Shown in pieces: positions 18,006-27,698 of a stretch of 64,000 nucleotides of DNA; the first letter of the stretch is position 1; each line of letters opens with the position of its first letter. The stretch comes from Bauldia sp. (GTDB lineage: Bacteria > Pseudomonadota > Alphaproteobacteria > Rhizobiales > Kaistiaceae). The translations under genes were made by a program, and so were the position numbers. The stretch covers positions 2,524 to 66,523 of the forward strand of contig DASRGK010000107.1 in NCBI GenBank assembly GCA_035651055.1, read 5' to 3'. A model generated the notes under the pieces. The model had not been told where the DNA came from. It was given only the letters and a program-made list of their open reading frames with translations, and did not search any database.

Positions 18006-19271
18006 ATGGGCACGAAGTTAAGTCGCAGGCGGTTCCTGACCACCACCGCGGCGGCAGGCGCCGGCCTTTATCTTGGCGCGCGGCCGCTCCGCTATGCCCG
18101 CGCCGCGGGCGGCAAGATCACGATCGGCACCGAAGCCGGATCGCCCTATGACACGTTCTACAAGAAGCACGCTGCCGAGTTCACCAAGGCAACCGGCGTC
18201 GAAGTGACATTCAACGCGATACCGCACGACAATATCCGCCAGCAGTTCGTCCAGGACGCGCTGTCCGGCGCCGGCGGCTTCGACGTCTACATCGCCGACC
18301 AGGTCTGGCTGCCGGAATTCTACGAGAAGGGCTTCATCGCCGACATCTCGAAGCAGCTCTCCGACGCCGACAAGGCGGACTTCTCGAAGACCGCGATCGA
18401 GACCGTCAGCTACAAGGGCGCGGTCGTCGCGCTCCCGATCATGGTGCACAACTGCGCCATGTATTACCGGACCGACCTGCTCAAGGCCGCCGGCCTCGCC
18501 GGACCGCCCAAGACCTGGGACGAGTACCGCCAGTACGCCAAGGCGACGACCAAGGACGGCGTCTGGGGGACGATGATCCTGTCCAAGCAGGGCATCGAAG
18601 CCTCGACCCGGCTCAATTCGTTCTACCAGCAGGCCGGCGCCGACATCATCGACGCCAGCGGCAAGCCGACCATCGACACCGACGCCGGCCATGCCGCGCT
18701 CGAGTTCATGACCAAGATGGTCTTCGAGGACAAGGCGGCGCCGGAAGGCGTCCTCGAACTGCCAGACATGCAGGGCGCCTGGCTCGACGGCAAGCTCGCG
18801 CTGGCACCGGTCTGGCCCTACCTCTACTCGCTGGCGAAGGAGCCGCTCGGCGGCAAGTTCGCCATCGGCACCTCGCCCGGGCTGAAGCGTCCGGCGGGCA
18901 CGGTCTATTCCTGGGGCTTCGCGGCGGCGGCCGGATCGAAGAACCCGGAGGCGGCCGCGGCATGGGTCAAGTGGGCGACGGATTCCGAGCAGCTCTACAA
19001 TTTCGGCAAGGAATGGCTGAATCCGGTGCCGCGGAAGTCGGCGATCGACAAGATCGGCGCCGACAGCTCGATCAGCGACAGCGACAAGGCGGCGATCGCG
19101 GCATTCGCGGAATCGGCGGCGGCGGGCACGTCGATGCCGATGATCCCGCAATACTCGCAGCTCCTCGAAATCCTCGGCATCATCCAGTCGGGCGTGATGT
19201 CGAAGGCGGTCAGCATCGACGACGCCCTGAAGGACGGACAGCAGCGCGCCGAAGCGGCGATGGCGGGCTAG
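18006..19271 (+). CDS. Extracellular solute-binding protein, CUT1 (family 1) sugar type, Tat signal
   Basis: The ATG at 18006 follows GGGAGGAAAG. The N-terminus MGTKLSRRRFLTTTAAAGAGLYLG is a twin-arginine signal. The 17934 start in the track is less likely. Confidence 0.85.
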   Translation: MGTKLSRRRFLTTTAAAGAGLYLGARPLRYARAAGGKITIGTEAGSPYDTFYKKHAAEFTKATGVEVTFNAIPHDNIRQQFVQDALSGAGGFDVYIADQVWLPEFYEKGFIADISKQLSDADKADFSKTAIETVSYKGAVVALPIMVHNCAMYYRTDLLKAAGLAGPPKTWDEYRQYAKATTKDGVWGTMILSKQGIEASTRLNSFYQQAGADIIDASGKPTIDTDAGHAALEFMTKMVFEDKAAPEGVLELPDMQGAWLDGKLALAPVWPYLYSLAKEPLGGKFAIGTSPGLKRPAGTVYSWGFAAAAGSKNPEAAAAWVKWATDSEQLYNFGKEWLNPVPRKSAIDKIGADSSISDSDKAAIAAFAESAAAGTSMPMIPQYSQLLEILGIIQSGVMSKAVSIDDALKDGQQRAEAAMAG

Positions 19272-19283
19272 GCCCGAGGAACC

Positions 19284-19320
19284 GACGGCGGCCGGCCCAA
19301 CTCCCTGCCGGACCGCCGTC
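19284..19320 (+). terminator. GC-rich hairpin after the binding-protein gene
   Basis: GACGGCGGCCGGC-loop-GCCGG(A)CCGCCGTC gives 13 paired positions with one bulge. It starts 13 nt after the stop. Confidence 0.45.
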
Positions 19321-19359
19321 CCAGCCTCGGTCCGGCAGCGCGCCGGGCCGAGGCGGTTT

Positions 19360-20286
19360 GTGCAAAGCGAGGTGGCGGACATTCCGGCAGAACCAGGGAC
19401 CATCCCGCTTCGCCCGCGTCGCCGCGGCAGGACGGGGATCGCGCTGACGACCCCGGCGCTCCTCGTCCTCGCAGCGGCGATGCTCTATCCCATCGGCTAC
19501 ACGATCTGGCTCAGCTTCAATTCCTCAAGGACGGCGCTCTCCGGGACGCCGGACTTCGTCTGGCTTGCCAATTTCCTTAAGATCGCGGCCAACCGCGACT
19601 TCCAGGCGGCACTTCTCCAGACCGTCGGCATCGTTGCGGCAAGCGCGCTCCTCGAGGCGATCCTTGGTCTGTCGATCGCGCTGGCGCTCCACCGCGCGCT
19701 CGCCGGCTCGCGCATCTTCCAGACCATCTTCGCCCTGCCCCTGATGATCGCGCCGGTGGTCGGCGCCCTCGCCTGGCGCTTCGTTTTCGCCGACGGCTAT
19801 GGCCTCATCGACACGATCGCCCGAGATTTCGGCGGCGAGGGGCCGCTGTGGTTCGCCGATGTCTGGCTGGCGCGGGCGGCGGTGGTGATCGCCAACCTCT
19901 GGCTGGCGCTGCCCTTCGACATTCTGGTCCTGCTTGCCGGACTGACGGCGCTGCCGACGGAGCCGCTCGAGGCGGCGCGCGTCGACGGCGCCTCGCCGGC
20001 CCAGATTCTCACGCGGATCATGCTGCCGCTGCTGAAGCCGGTGATCGCGATCATCCTCGTCACGCGCTTCGCCGACGCATTCCGCATCTTCGACGTGGTC
20101 TATGTGCTGACCGGGAGCGGCCCGGCCAACCGCACCGACGTGCTCTCGACCTTCATCTACCGGCAGATGTTCACCAACTTCGACTTCGCCGGCGGCGCGG
20201 CCGCATCGGTGCTCCTCGTCATCCTCACCTCGGCGGCGTCGCTCGCCGCGGTGCTGCTCCTGCGCGAGCGGCAGGGGCGGGCATGA
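19360..20286 (+). CDS. CUT1 ABC permease (MalF-like)
   Basis: 308 aa with the EAA-loop region EAARVDGASPAQILTRIMLPLL. The start is GTG. Confidence 0.8.
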   Translation: MQSEVADIPAEPGTIPLRPRRRGRTGIALTTPALLVLAAAMLYPIGYTIWLSFNSSRTALSGTPDFVWLANFLKIAANRDFQAALLQTVGIVAASALLEAILGLSIALALHRALAGSRIFQTIFALPLMIAPVVGALAWRFVFADGYGLIDTIARDFGGEGPLWFADVWLARAAVVIANLWLALPFDILVLLAGLTALPTEPLEAARVDGASPAQILTRIMLPLLKPVIAIILVTRFADAFRIFDVVYVLTGSGPANRTDVLSTFIYRQMFTNFDFAGGAAASVLLVILTSAASLAAVLLLRERQGRA

Positions 20287-21134
20287 GCGCCGCCGGGGCG
20301 CGCCCGGCGCGGTCGCGGCTCGGCGACGCGGCGACCTATCTGTTCCTGACGGTCACGGCGATCGTCATGCTGACCCCGATCCTCTGGATCTTCTCGACCT
20401 CGCTCAAGCCGACGCCGGAAATCCTCGTCTCGCCGACGCGGCTCCTGCCGACCGCGCCGACGCTCGGCCATTACGGCGTGGCGCTCTCCGGCGATTTCCG
20501 CTCGTTTCTGGTGAACAGCCTGATCGCGGCCGGCGGCGCGACCGTCGCCGGCCTGCTGCTTGCCATTCCGGCGGCATTCGGCTTCGCCAAATACGCCTAT
20601 CGCGGGTCGGCCGGATTTCTCTCCTTCATCGTCGTCACGCGGGTTTTCCCGCCGATCGCGCTGGCGCTGCCCTTCTTTCTGCAGTTCCGCACAATGGGCC
20701 TCATCGACACTCCCTGGGGGCTGGTGGTCGCCTACCTGCCGATCGTGCTGCCGCTGATGATCTGGATCTTGCACGGCTTCTTCCGCGACTTTCCCGACGA
20801 ACTGATCGAGGCGGCGGAGATCGACGGGCTCGGCCCGCTGGCGACGCTCGTCCGCATCGTCCTGCCCCTGTCGCTGCCGGGCCTCGGCGTGGCGGCGCTA
20901 TTCGGTTTCCTCGTCGCGTGGAACGAATTCGTCATCGCGCTGACGCTGACCCGGACGCCCGGCGGCGGGCAGACGCTGCCCGTCGGCATCTCGACGCTGA
21001 TCACCCAGTTCCAGGTCCTCTGGGGGGACATGATGGCGGTCGCCGCCATTTACCTGTTGCCGGCGCTGGCGGTGACCATGCTCACCCAACGCGGGCTGAT
21101 CCGCGGGCTGATGCAGGGGGCGACCAAGGGCTAG
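20283..21134 (+). CDS. CUT1 ABC permease (MalG-like)
   Basis: The ATG at 20283 overlaps the previous stop. EAA loop: EAAEIDGLGPLATLVRIVLPLSLPG. 283 aa. Confidence 0.85.
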   Translation: MSAAGARPARSRLGDAATYLFLTVTAIVMLTPILWIFSTSLKPTPEILVSPTRLLPTAPTLGHYGVALSGDFRSFLVNSLIAAGGATVAGLLLAIPAAFGFAKYAYRGSAGFLSFIVVTRVFPPIALALPFFLQFRTMGLIDTPWGLVVAYLPIVLPLMIWILHGFFRDFPDELIEAAEIDGLGPLATLVRIVLPLSLPGLGVAALFGFLVAWNEFVIALTLTRTPGGGQTLPVGISTLITQFQVLWGDMMAVAAIYLLPALAVTMLTQRGLIRGLMQGATKG

Positions 21135-21164
21135 ACGTAGCGCCAAGGGGCCGGCAGGCGGGGA

Positions 21165-23075
21165 TCAGCCGGGCGTTTCCGGGATCCACACCGTCATCCT
21201 GCCCGAGCCGCGATTGCACCACAGGTAGTAGGGAATCGCGGTGAGGTCGGCGGACCGGTCGACGGGCGGCGCCGTCCGGTAAAGGCTGCCGTCCCAGTCG
21301 TCCGAGGCGGCCACGCGCCCGCTGGCGACGACGCTGACGACCCCGCCGAAAAGGTCCGGGCGCGGCACCGCGCTCACCGCTCCGCTCCGCGGCAGCTTGA
21401 TGCGACCGACGCTGATATCGGGGTTGTCGACCTGCTCGACGCAATAGACCAGCGGCCCGCGCTTCAGGACGACGCGGCCGATATCCATGCGCACGTCGGG
21501 ATGCGAATAGACACGCTCGACCGGCATCGGCAGGTCGAGGTCGACGATGTCGCCCGCCTGCCATGTCCGCTTGATCTCGACATAGCCGCGCACCCGATCG
21601 GCGGTTGCGACCGGCGCGCCGTTGACCCGCAGCGTCTCGCCATGCGCCCAGCCGGGGATGCGCAGTTTCAGGGAGAATTCCGCCGGCTGCTCGGGGTCGA
21701 CAGCGATCGTCACCCTGCCCGACCACGGATAATCGGCGGTCTGGCGAATGGCAACGCGCGTTCCGGCGACCGCCAGGCGCGTGCTGCTGCCGCCGTAGAG
21801 ATGGACGGCGACGGTCTTCTCGGCGGTCGAATAGAAGTAGCCGCCGACCGAGGCGACCAGCCGCGAGACGTTCATCGTGCAGCACGGGCAGGTGTGCCAC
21901 TCCCAGCGCTTGTGGCTGCCGTCGCTTTCGAGCTTGTTCTCGTAGAAATAGTGTGTGCCGTCGCGCGACAGGCCGGACAGCGCGCCGTTATAGAGCGCGA
22001 GCTCGAGCGCATCGGCATAGGCGCCGTCGAGGTCGATGTTGAGCATGCGCTGCGCCCAGAAGATGAGCGCGACCGAGGCGCAGGTCTCGGCATAGGCGGT
22101 GTCGTTGGGAAGGTCGTAGTCGACGGTGAAGCCTTCGTTGGCCGCCGCCGGGCCGAGACCGGCGGTGACATACATGCGCTTGCCGGTCACGTCCTTCCAC
22201 AGTCGCTCGCAGGCGGCCTTGAGGGCGGCGTCTTCGAGGTCGGCGGCAAGGTCCGCCATCGCCGTGTACATGTACATGGCGCGGACGGCATGGCCGACGA
22301 CCTTGTCCTGCTGGCGGACGGGCTTGTGCGACTGGTTGTATTCGTAGGTCTTGGCCCAGTAGCGCCTGGGATCGTCGCCGCGCGCGATCGCCTCGACGTC
22401 GAAGTAGTGGGGCGGCTGGTTGCCGCGCTCGTCGATGAAGTAGGCGGCGAGGTCGAGGTGCCTGCGGTCGCCGGTCGCGTGGTAGAGCTTGATCAGCGCC
22501 AGCTCGATCTCCTGGTGGCCACAATAGCCGCGCTTCTGGCCGGGACCGGTGCCGAAGGTTGCGCGGATGTGGTCGACATAGCGAAGCATGATGTCGAGGA
22601 GCTTCCGCCGCCCGGTCGCCTGGAAATAGGCGATCGCGCCTTCCAGCATATGCCCGGCGCAATAGAGTTCGTGGTTGTCGCGGAGATTGGTCCAGCGGTT
22701 CTCGATTTCGCGGCCGATGTACCAGCAGTTGAGGTAGCCGTCCGGGAGCTGGGCCTTTTCGAGGTCGTCGACGATGGCATCGATCTGCGCCTCGATGGTC
22801 GCGTCGCGCCGGTGCGACAGCGCGTAGCTCGCCGCCTCGATCCACTTGCCGACATCGGAGTCCCAGAAGATCTGGGTGGTGAAATCGTGGCTGTTGCGCG
22901 GAATGCGGAGCGGCGGAGGCGGCTGCGGCACGCGCAGCGAATCGAGGATGCCGTATTCCTTGAGGCGGACATGCTGGCTCGGAATCGTCCTGGTCAGCAC
23001 CGTATCGAGGCGCTCGCGCCAGAACGGCCCTTCGATCCTGACCTCGGCGAAATTGACCGGTGTGAAGCGGCGCAT
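21165..23075 (-). CDS. GH127 beta-L-arabinofuranosidase (DUF1680 family)
   Basis: MRRFTPVNFAEVRIEGPFW... The product carries AYAETCASVALIFW and WEWHTCPCCTMNVSR, which are the Glu/Cys and Cys-Cys zinc/catalytic motifs known for HypBA1-type GH127. An alternative start lies at 23111. Confidence 0.85.
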   Translation of the reverse strand: MRRFTPVNFAEVRIEGPFWRERLDTVLTRTIPSQHVRLKEYGILDSLRVPQPPPPLRIPRNSHDFTTQIFWDSDVGKWIEAASYALSHRRDATIEAQIDAIVDDLEKAQLPDGYLNCWYIGREIENRWTNLRDNHELYCAGHMLEGAIAYFQATGRRKLLDIMLRYVDHIRATFGTGPGQKRGYCGHQEIELALIKLYHATGDRRHLDLAAYFIDERGNQPPHYFDVEAIARGDDPRRYWAKTYEYNQSHKPVRQQDKVVGHAVRAMYMYTAMADLAADLEDAALKAACERLWKDVTGKRMYVTAGLGPAAANEGFTVDYDLPNDTAYAETCASVALIFWAQRMLNIDLDGAYADALELALYNGALSGLSRDGTHYFYENKLESDGSHKRWEWHTCPCCTMNVSRLVASVGGYFYSTAEKTVAVHLYGGSSTRLAVAGTRVAIRQTADYPWSGRVTIAVDPEQPAEFSLKLRIPGWAHGETLRVNGAPVATADRVRGYVEIKRTWQAGDIVDLDLPMPVERVYSHPDVRMDIGRVVLKRGPLVYCVEQVDNPDISVGRIKLPRSGAVSAVPRPDLFGGVVSVVASGRVAASDDWDGSLYRTAPPVDRSADLTAIPYYLWCNRGSGRMTVWIPETPG

Positions 23076-23097
23076 CGGCGGTTCCCGTATTTGGCGG

Positions 23098-24165
23098 TCA
23101 GAGCGAGGCAATGCGGGCGCCGCAGGAATCGCGGACGACCAGCGTGCAGGGCAGCCGGCGAACGCCGGCGAAACGCTCGCCGGCGATGAGCTGCATCATC
23201 TTGCGGCCCGCCTCGCGGCCCATTTCGTTGAGGTTCATGTCGACGCTGGTCAGCGCCGGGCGGGTCGCCTGGGCGATGATCTCCCAGTTGTCGAAGCCGA
23301 CCAGGGCGACATCCTCCGGGACGGCAACCCCGCGCTCGCGGAGCGCATCGGCAACGCCGCGCGCGATCTGGTCGTTGCCACAGAAGATCGCATCGGGCGC
23401 GTTACGCCGCGTCCGGAAGAGGCGCCCTACCGCCTCGCGGCCCCACGCCTCCGACCAGGTGCCGGAAAGGTAGAGGCCGTCAATGTCAGAGCGCCCGGCC
23501 CGCTGAAGCGTCCTGGCGTAGCCCTGCCGGCGGAGGCGGACGGCCTCGAAGCGCTCGGGCCCGGTGACATGGGCGATGCGCTTGCGGCCGAGTTTGATCA
23601 AATGCTCGACGGCAAGCACCGCGCCGCCCTCGTCGTCGGGCACGAGGCTGTATTCATTGGGGTCGTCGACCCGCGAATAGACGTAGAGCACCGGAATCCC
23701 CGGCGACGGCACGACCAGCTTCGGACGCAGGTCGGCGCGGCGGCCGGTCACCACGATGCCGTCGACGCGCTTGCCGATCAGCGATTCGACATGCTGCGCC
23801 TCACGCACCGGATCGTCGGTGGCGTTGCACATGAAGACCGACATGCGGCTGTCGGTGAGGCATTCCTCCAGCCCCTCCATGATCGGAATCGTGAAACGGC
23901 CGAAACTGTCGGTCGAGATCAGGCCGACGGTGAGGCTGTGGCCGCGATGCAGGCTCTGGGCGAGGCTGTTCGGGCGGAAACCGAGGCCCTTGGCGACTTC
24001 CGCGATGCGGGTCCGGGTCTCCTGCCTGAGGCTGCCGCTGTTGTTGAGCGCCTTCGACACGGTCGCGATGCTGACATTGGCGGCGCGGGCAACATCGTGA
24101 ATCGTCGGACGTGCCGGTTCGCCGTTCCTGCCGGTCCTGCCGGTTCGGTTGATGCCCCGCGCCAT
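23098..24165 (-). CDS. LacI-family transcriptional regulator (LacI-2)
   Basis: The ATG at 24165 gives MARGINRTGRTGRNGEPARPTIHDVARAANVSIATVSKALN (LacI HTH with an N-terminal extension). 355 aa. Confidence 0.85.
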   Translation of the reverse strand: MARGINRTGRTGRNGEPARPTIHDVARAANVSIATVSKALNNSGSLRQETRTRIAEVAKGLGFRPNSLAQSLHRGHSLTVGLISTDSFGRFTIPIMEGLEECLTDSRMSVFMCNATDDPVREAQHVESLIGKRVDGIVVTGRRADLRPKLVVPSPGIPVLYVYSRVDDPNEYSLVPDDEGGAVLAVEHLIKLGRKRIAHVTGPERFEAVRLRRQGYARTLQRAGRSDIDGLYLSGTWSEAWGREAVGRLFRTRRNAPDAIFCGNDQIARGVADALRERGVAVPEDVALVGFDNWEIIAQATRPALTSVDMNLNEMGREAGRKMMQLIAGERFAGVRRLPCTLVVRDSCGARIASL

Positions 24166-24167
24166 CG

Positions 24168-25070
24168 CTACTTCACCGCACCGCTGAGGAAACCGGACAC
24201 GTAATACTTCTGCAGGAGCAGATAGAAGAGCACGCAGGGAACGATCGAGATGGTAATGCCGGCCTGGAGCATCCCCCAGTCGGTGCCGCCGATGCTGGTT
24301 TCCTGGCGGGCATTGGACAGGATCAGCGGCAGGGTGAAGGCAGTGCCCTTGTTCATCATCACCAGGGCGCCGAGGAACTCGTTCCACGACGTGATGAAGG
24401 CGAACAGCGCCACCGTCACGATCGCCGCCCGGATGGCGGGCAGAAGAATCCGCAGAAGCACCTGCCAGGTCGAGCACCCGTCGATGAACGCGGCCTCCTC
24501 AAGCTCGCGCGGAACGGCTTCGAAGCTGTTCCGCATGATGTAGACGCTGAACGGCAGCTGGATGGTTGTATGCACGATTGCGAGGCCGACCAGCGTGTTG
24601 GTGAGCTTGAGGCTGGCGAACATGAAGAAGATCGGCGTGAGCAGCGCCTGATAGGGAATGATCAGGGCAAGGAGCAGGAAGACGAAGAAGAACTCGCGGC
24701 CCGGGATCGGAAAGCGGGCGAGCGCGTAACCCGCCGGAATGCTCAGGATCAGGCAGAAGGCAATCGCCAGGAAAGCCACCGCGCCGCTGTTGAAGAGGTA
24801 GGTCGGCAGGCCCTCCTGATAGGCCCACAGGCGCCCGTAGCTCGACAGGCTGAGGAGATGGGTGAGATAGGTGGGCGGTATCGCGGAAGCTTCCTCGGTG
24901 GTCTTCAGCGACGCAGAGACCGAAAGGACGAGCGGCGCCAGCATGACGGCACTCACCGCCATGCAGACCGCACCGGCGAGGTAAGTGCTGCGGCTGCGCC
25001 ACAGGCGCGCCGCAAGCGTCGGAGCGGTGGGGCGCGTCAGGTCGCGGGCGAAGGCGACGCCGGCGCTCAT
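24168..25070 (-). CDS. CUT1 ABC permease (MalG-like)
   Basis: The ATG at 25070 overlaps the upstream stop (ATGA). EAA loop: EEAAFIDGCSTWQVLLRILLPAI. 300 aa. The rest of the 544-aa track ORF is an out-of-frame overlap. Confidence 0.85.
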   Translation of the reverse strand: MSAGVAFARDLTRPTAPTLAARLWRSRSTYLAGAVCMAVSAVMLAPLVLSVSASLKTTEEASAIPPTYLTHLLSLSSYGRLWAYQEGLPTYLFNSGAVAFLAIAFCLILSIPAGYALARFPIPGREFFFVFLLLALIIPYQALLTPIFFMFASLKLTNTLVGLAIVHTTIQLPFSVYIMRNSFEAVPRELEEAAFIDGCSTWQVLLRILLPAIRAAIVTVALFAFITSWNEFLGALVMMNKGTAFTLPLILSNARQETSIGGTDWGMLQAGITISIVPCVLFYLLLQKYYVSGFLSGAVK

Positions 25071-25945
25071 GCGTGGCTCCGCCGCGTCAGGGTCATCTGG
25101 ACGATTGTGCAGGCGAGGATGATCAGCGCCAGAATGAGCGACAACGCGGCGCCGTAGCCGAGCTTCAGATACGGAAACGAGTTCAGATAGATCCAGAAGA
25201 CCGACGTCGCCGTCCGGTTGAACGGCTGACCGGCGGTCATCAGGTAGAACTGATCGAAGGCCAGCAGCGATCCGATGACGCTGACCAGCGTGACGAGCAG
25301 GATGGTGCGGTAGGTGAGCGGCAAGGTGATCATGCGGATGCGCTGCCAATAGGAGGCGCCATCGACCATGGCCGCCTCGGTCGTCTCGGGGTGAATCCCC
25401 TGGATGGCGGCCACATAGAGCAGCATCCCGAAACCAAGCACCTTCCACACAATCGATACGATCACCGCCCACAGGGCGCGGTCGGCATCCTCGCCGAACC
25501 AGACGAGCGGCCTGGCTATGATTCCGAGGTCGACCAGGAAGCGGTTGACCAGGCCGAAATTGTAGTTGAACAGCCAATACCAGAGGAGACTCGATACCCC
25601 GAGGCCGATCACGACCGGGACGAACGTCACCGCCCGGGTGAACTTGCGCAACGGGGTGTTCCGCGAAACCAGAAGCGCGAGCAGGTAGCCGCCGACCATC
25701 AGGATCGGGGTCAGCAGCAGCGTGTATTTCAGCGTGAAGCCGAGCGACGTCCAGAACTGACGGTCGTTCCAGGCCTTCACGTAATTGCCGAAGCCGACCC
25801 ATTTCGCCGGCTCGATGATCGACCAGTTGTGGAGCGACATCCAGAGCATCTGGCTGAGCGGATAGGCGGTGAAGACCAGCACAAACAGCACCGCGGGAGC
25901 GAGGTAAAGCAACCCGATCAGCTTGTTTCTTTGCGTCGCGTACAT
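25067..25945 (-). CDS. CUT1 ABC permease (MalF-like)
   Basis: 292 aa: MYATQRNKLIGLLYLAPAVLFVLVF... with TEAAMVDGASYWQRIRMITLPL. Confidence 0.85.
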   Translation of the reverse strand: MYATQRNKLIGLLYLAPAVLFVLVFTAYPLSQMLWMSLHNWSIIEPAKWVGFGNYVKAWNDRQFWTSLGFTLKYTLLLTPILMVGGYLLALLVSRNTPLRKFTRAVTFVPVVIGLGVSSLLWYWLFNYNFGLVNRFLVDLGIIARPLVWFGEDADRALWAVIVSIVWKVLGFGMLLYVAAIQGIHPETTEAAMVDGASYWQRIRMITLPLTYRTILLVTLVSVIGSLLAFDQFYLMTAGQPFNRTATSVFWIYLNSFPYLKLGYGAALSLILALIILACTIVQMTLTRRSHA

Positions 25946-25995
25946 GCGCCGGGCGATCCTGGACGGCCGCGGAACCGGGGCCGTCGAAGAAGGTG

Positions 25996-26029
25996 GGAGG
26001 CCGCGATCCGCGGGACGGCCGCGGCCTCC
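25996..26029 (-). terminator. GC-rich hairpin after the binding-protein gene (minus-strand operon)
   Basis: GGAGGCCGCG-N14-CGCGGCCTCC, a 10-bp perfect stem 12 nt downstream of the stop of 26041..27297. Confidence 0.45.
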
Positions 26030-26040
26030 GACAGCGGTTG

Positions 26041-27297
26041 CTACTGGTCGGCGATGGCCTTCATCGCTGCCTTGGCATCCGCGATGATCTGATCGAGATC
26101 ATCGTCGGTGTAATAGACCCGCTGCAGCATCTGCAGCCAAGGGCCCTGCGGCGAGTTGATCTGCTCGAAGAAGGTCGTCGTGTAGGGGGTGCGCCCGACG
26201 GACAGCGCCTTGGCGACGTCCTGCACCAGCGGCTCGGCCTTGAAATACTTGTTGTCGACCATGTCCGAGCGGGTGGTGAGGTTGAGCGCCTTGGCGTAGC
26301 CCTCGACCTGGACCTCATCCGAGATGAGGAACTTCATGAAGTCGACGGCGTCGGAAACGCGCTTCGAGCCTTTCGGGATGACCAGGAGGTCGCCGCCGAT
26401 GAAGGAGGCGGCCGAGTTCTCGGCCATGCCGGGGAGGAGCGCGATGCCGAACTTCATGCTCGGATTCTGATCGCGGGCAAGCGAGATGTTGAAGTTGCCC
26501 GTGCCCATCATGCCGACCTTGCCGGAGCCGAACTGGAGGTGGAAGGTCTCGCCGTTTTCGGCGCGGTCGCTCTCGTGGACGTTGCCCGACTTGACCATGT
26601 CGCGCAGCCACTGCAACACCGGCTTGATATCGCCGGTGAGCGGTTCGTCGCCGGGCCCGGCGGATTCGATCTTGCCGCCCGAGGCCCAGATCAGCGGACC
26701 GACGGTGAAGATGTTGCAGCCGGCGCACGAGCCGGGCAGGTAGTAGCCCTTGATGTCGCCGCCGAGCGCCGTGATCTTGTCGGCATATTCGCGCAGCTGC
26801 TTGAGGCTGGTCGGCGGCTTGTTGGGATCGAGGCCGGCCTTTGCGAACAGGTCCTTGTTGTAGAAGAGCGCCGAGACGTCGGCATAGAGCGGAACGCCGT
26901 AGAGCTTGCCTTCCCAGGTCGCGACCTTCAGGTGGCCGGGACTGATCGTCTTCATCTCCGGCAGCTTGGCGATCTGGTCGGTGACATCGACCAACTGGCC
27001 GGCCTTTTCGAACTGTGGCCCGTAGATCAGGTCCATGCCCATCAGGTCAGGCACGTCGCCCGAGGCGATCGCCTGGGCGAGCTTGGCGACCATCTCGGCA
27101 TGCGGGATGTAGGTGAGGTTGATGTGGCGGTCGGGATTCTTCTCGTTCCACATGTTGACGAGGATATCGACCATTCCCTTGTTGCCGCCCGACCGCTCCC
27201 ACATCACGAGGTCGGCGGCCTTCGACGGCGCGCTCGTCATCAGCGAGACAGCCAGGGCGCTGAGGGCGAACAGGCCCGCTCCGAATTTCAGCTTCAT
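26041..27297 (-). CDS. Extracellular solute-binding protein, CUT1 sugar type
   Basis: The ATG at 27297 follows GGGAGGAAG. The signal peptide is MKLKFGAGLFALSALAVSLMTSAPSKA. 418 aa. Confidence 0.85.
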   Translation of the reverse strand: MKLKFGAGLFALSALAVSLMTSAPSKAADLVMWERSGGNKGMVDILVNMWNEKNPDRHINLTYIPHAEMVAKLAQAIASGDVPDLMGMDLIYGPQFEKAGQLVDVTDQIAKLPEMKTISPGHLKVATWEGKLYGVPLYADVSALFYNKDLFAKAGLDPNKPPTSLKQLREYADKITALGGDIKGYYLPGSCAGCNIFTVGPLIWASGGKIESAGPGDEPLTGDIKPVLQWLRDMVKSGNVHESDRAENGETFHLQFGSGKVGMMGTGNFNISLARDQNPSMKFGIALLPGMAENSAASFIGGDLLVIPKGSKRVSDAVDFMKFLISDEVQVEGYAKALNLTTRSDMVDNKYFKAEPLVQDVAKALSVGRTPYTTTFFEQINSPQGPWLQMLQRVYYTDDDLDQIIADAKAAMKAIADQ

Positions 27298-27344
27298 TTG
27301 CTTCCTCCCGAGTTCTTTTCTCGGCCGCCGAGCGCGGCCAGCGA

Positions 27345-27360
27345 AGGAAAAGCTTTTCCT
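27345..27360. promoter_or_regulatory. 16-bp perfect palindrome AGGAAAAGCTTTTCCT (second copy)
   Basis: Identical to 13050-13065. It sits 47 nt upstream of the ATG at 27297, the same spacing as at the other locus. Confidence 0.55.
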
Positions 27361-27402
27361 GGGCGACCACACGACGATCGCAAGGTAAGGGAGAAAACCA
27401 TC

Positions 27403-27416
27403 GGAAAAGCTTTTCC
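27403..27416. promoter_or_regulatory. 14-bp palindrome GGAAAAGCTTTTCC (third copy, auxiliary site)
   Basis: Perfect dyad, centre 57 bp from the centre of the 27345 site. Confidence 0.5.
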
Positions 27417-27698
27417 TATTACCAATAGGCCACGAAATACGGCCGTACACAAGGCCTTCGGCGAAATGTCGCGTCCTTTCATCGGATGATTGTGGATGCT
27501 CCCTCGGGACCGGTCTGTCTGGCCTCGCCCGGACGGTAACGGCCCGCGCCTGGCCGGCTCCGGAGCGCGGGGCGCCCCAGGGCGGTGGAATGGGAGAACC
27601 GGGCCGCCGCCGATTCGCCCGGCTTCAGCCAGTTGTCAGGTCGGGTGTGCGAATCTGCCGGCGCGGTCGGGTTGACCGCGACGCCGGACCAAGCCCGC

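Noticed and set aside
25071-25802. Upstream 244 codons of the 544-aa ORF 24168..25802
   Set aside because: It overlaps the MalF-like permease gene 25067..25945 out of frame. The MalG-like permease begins at 25070 with an ATGA overlap.
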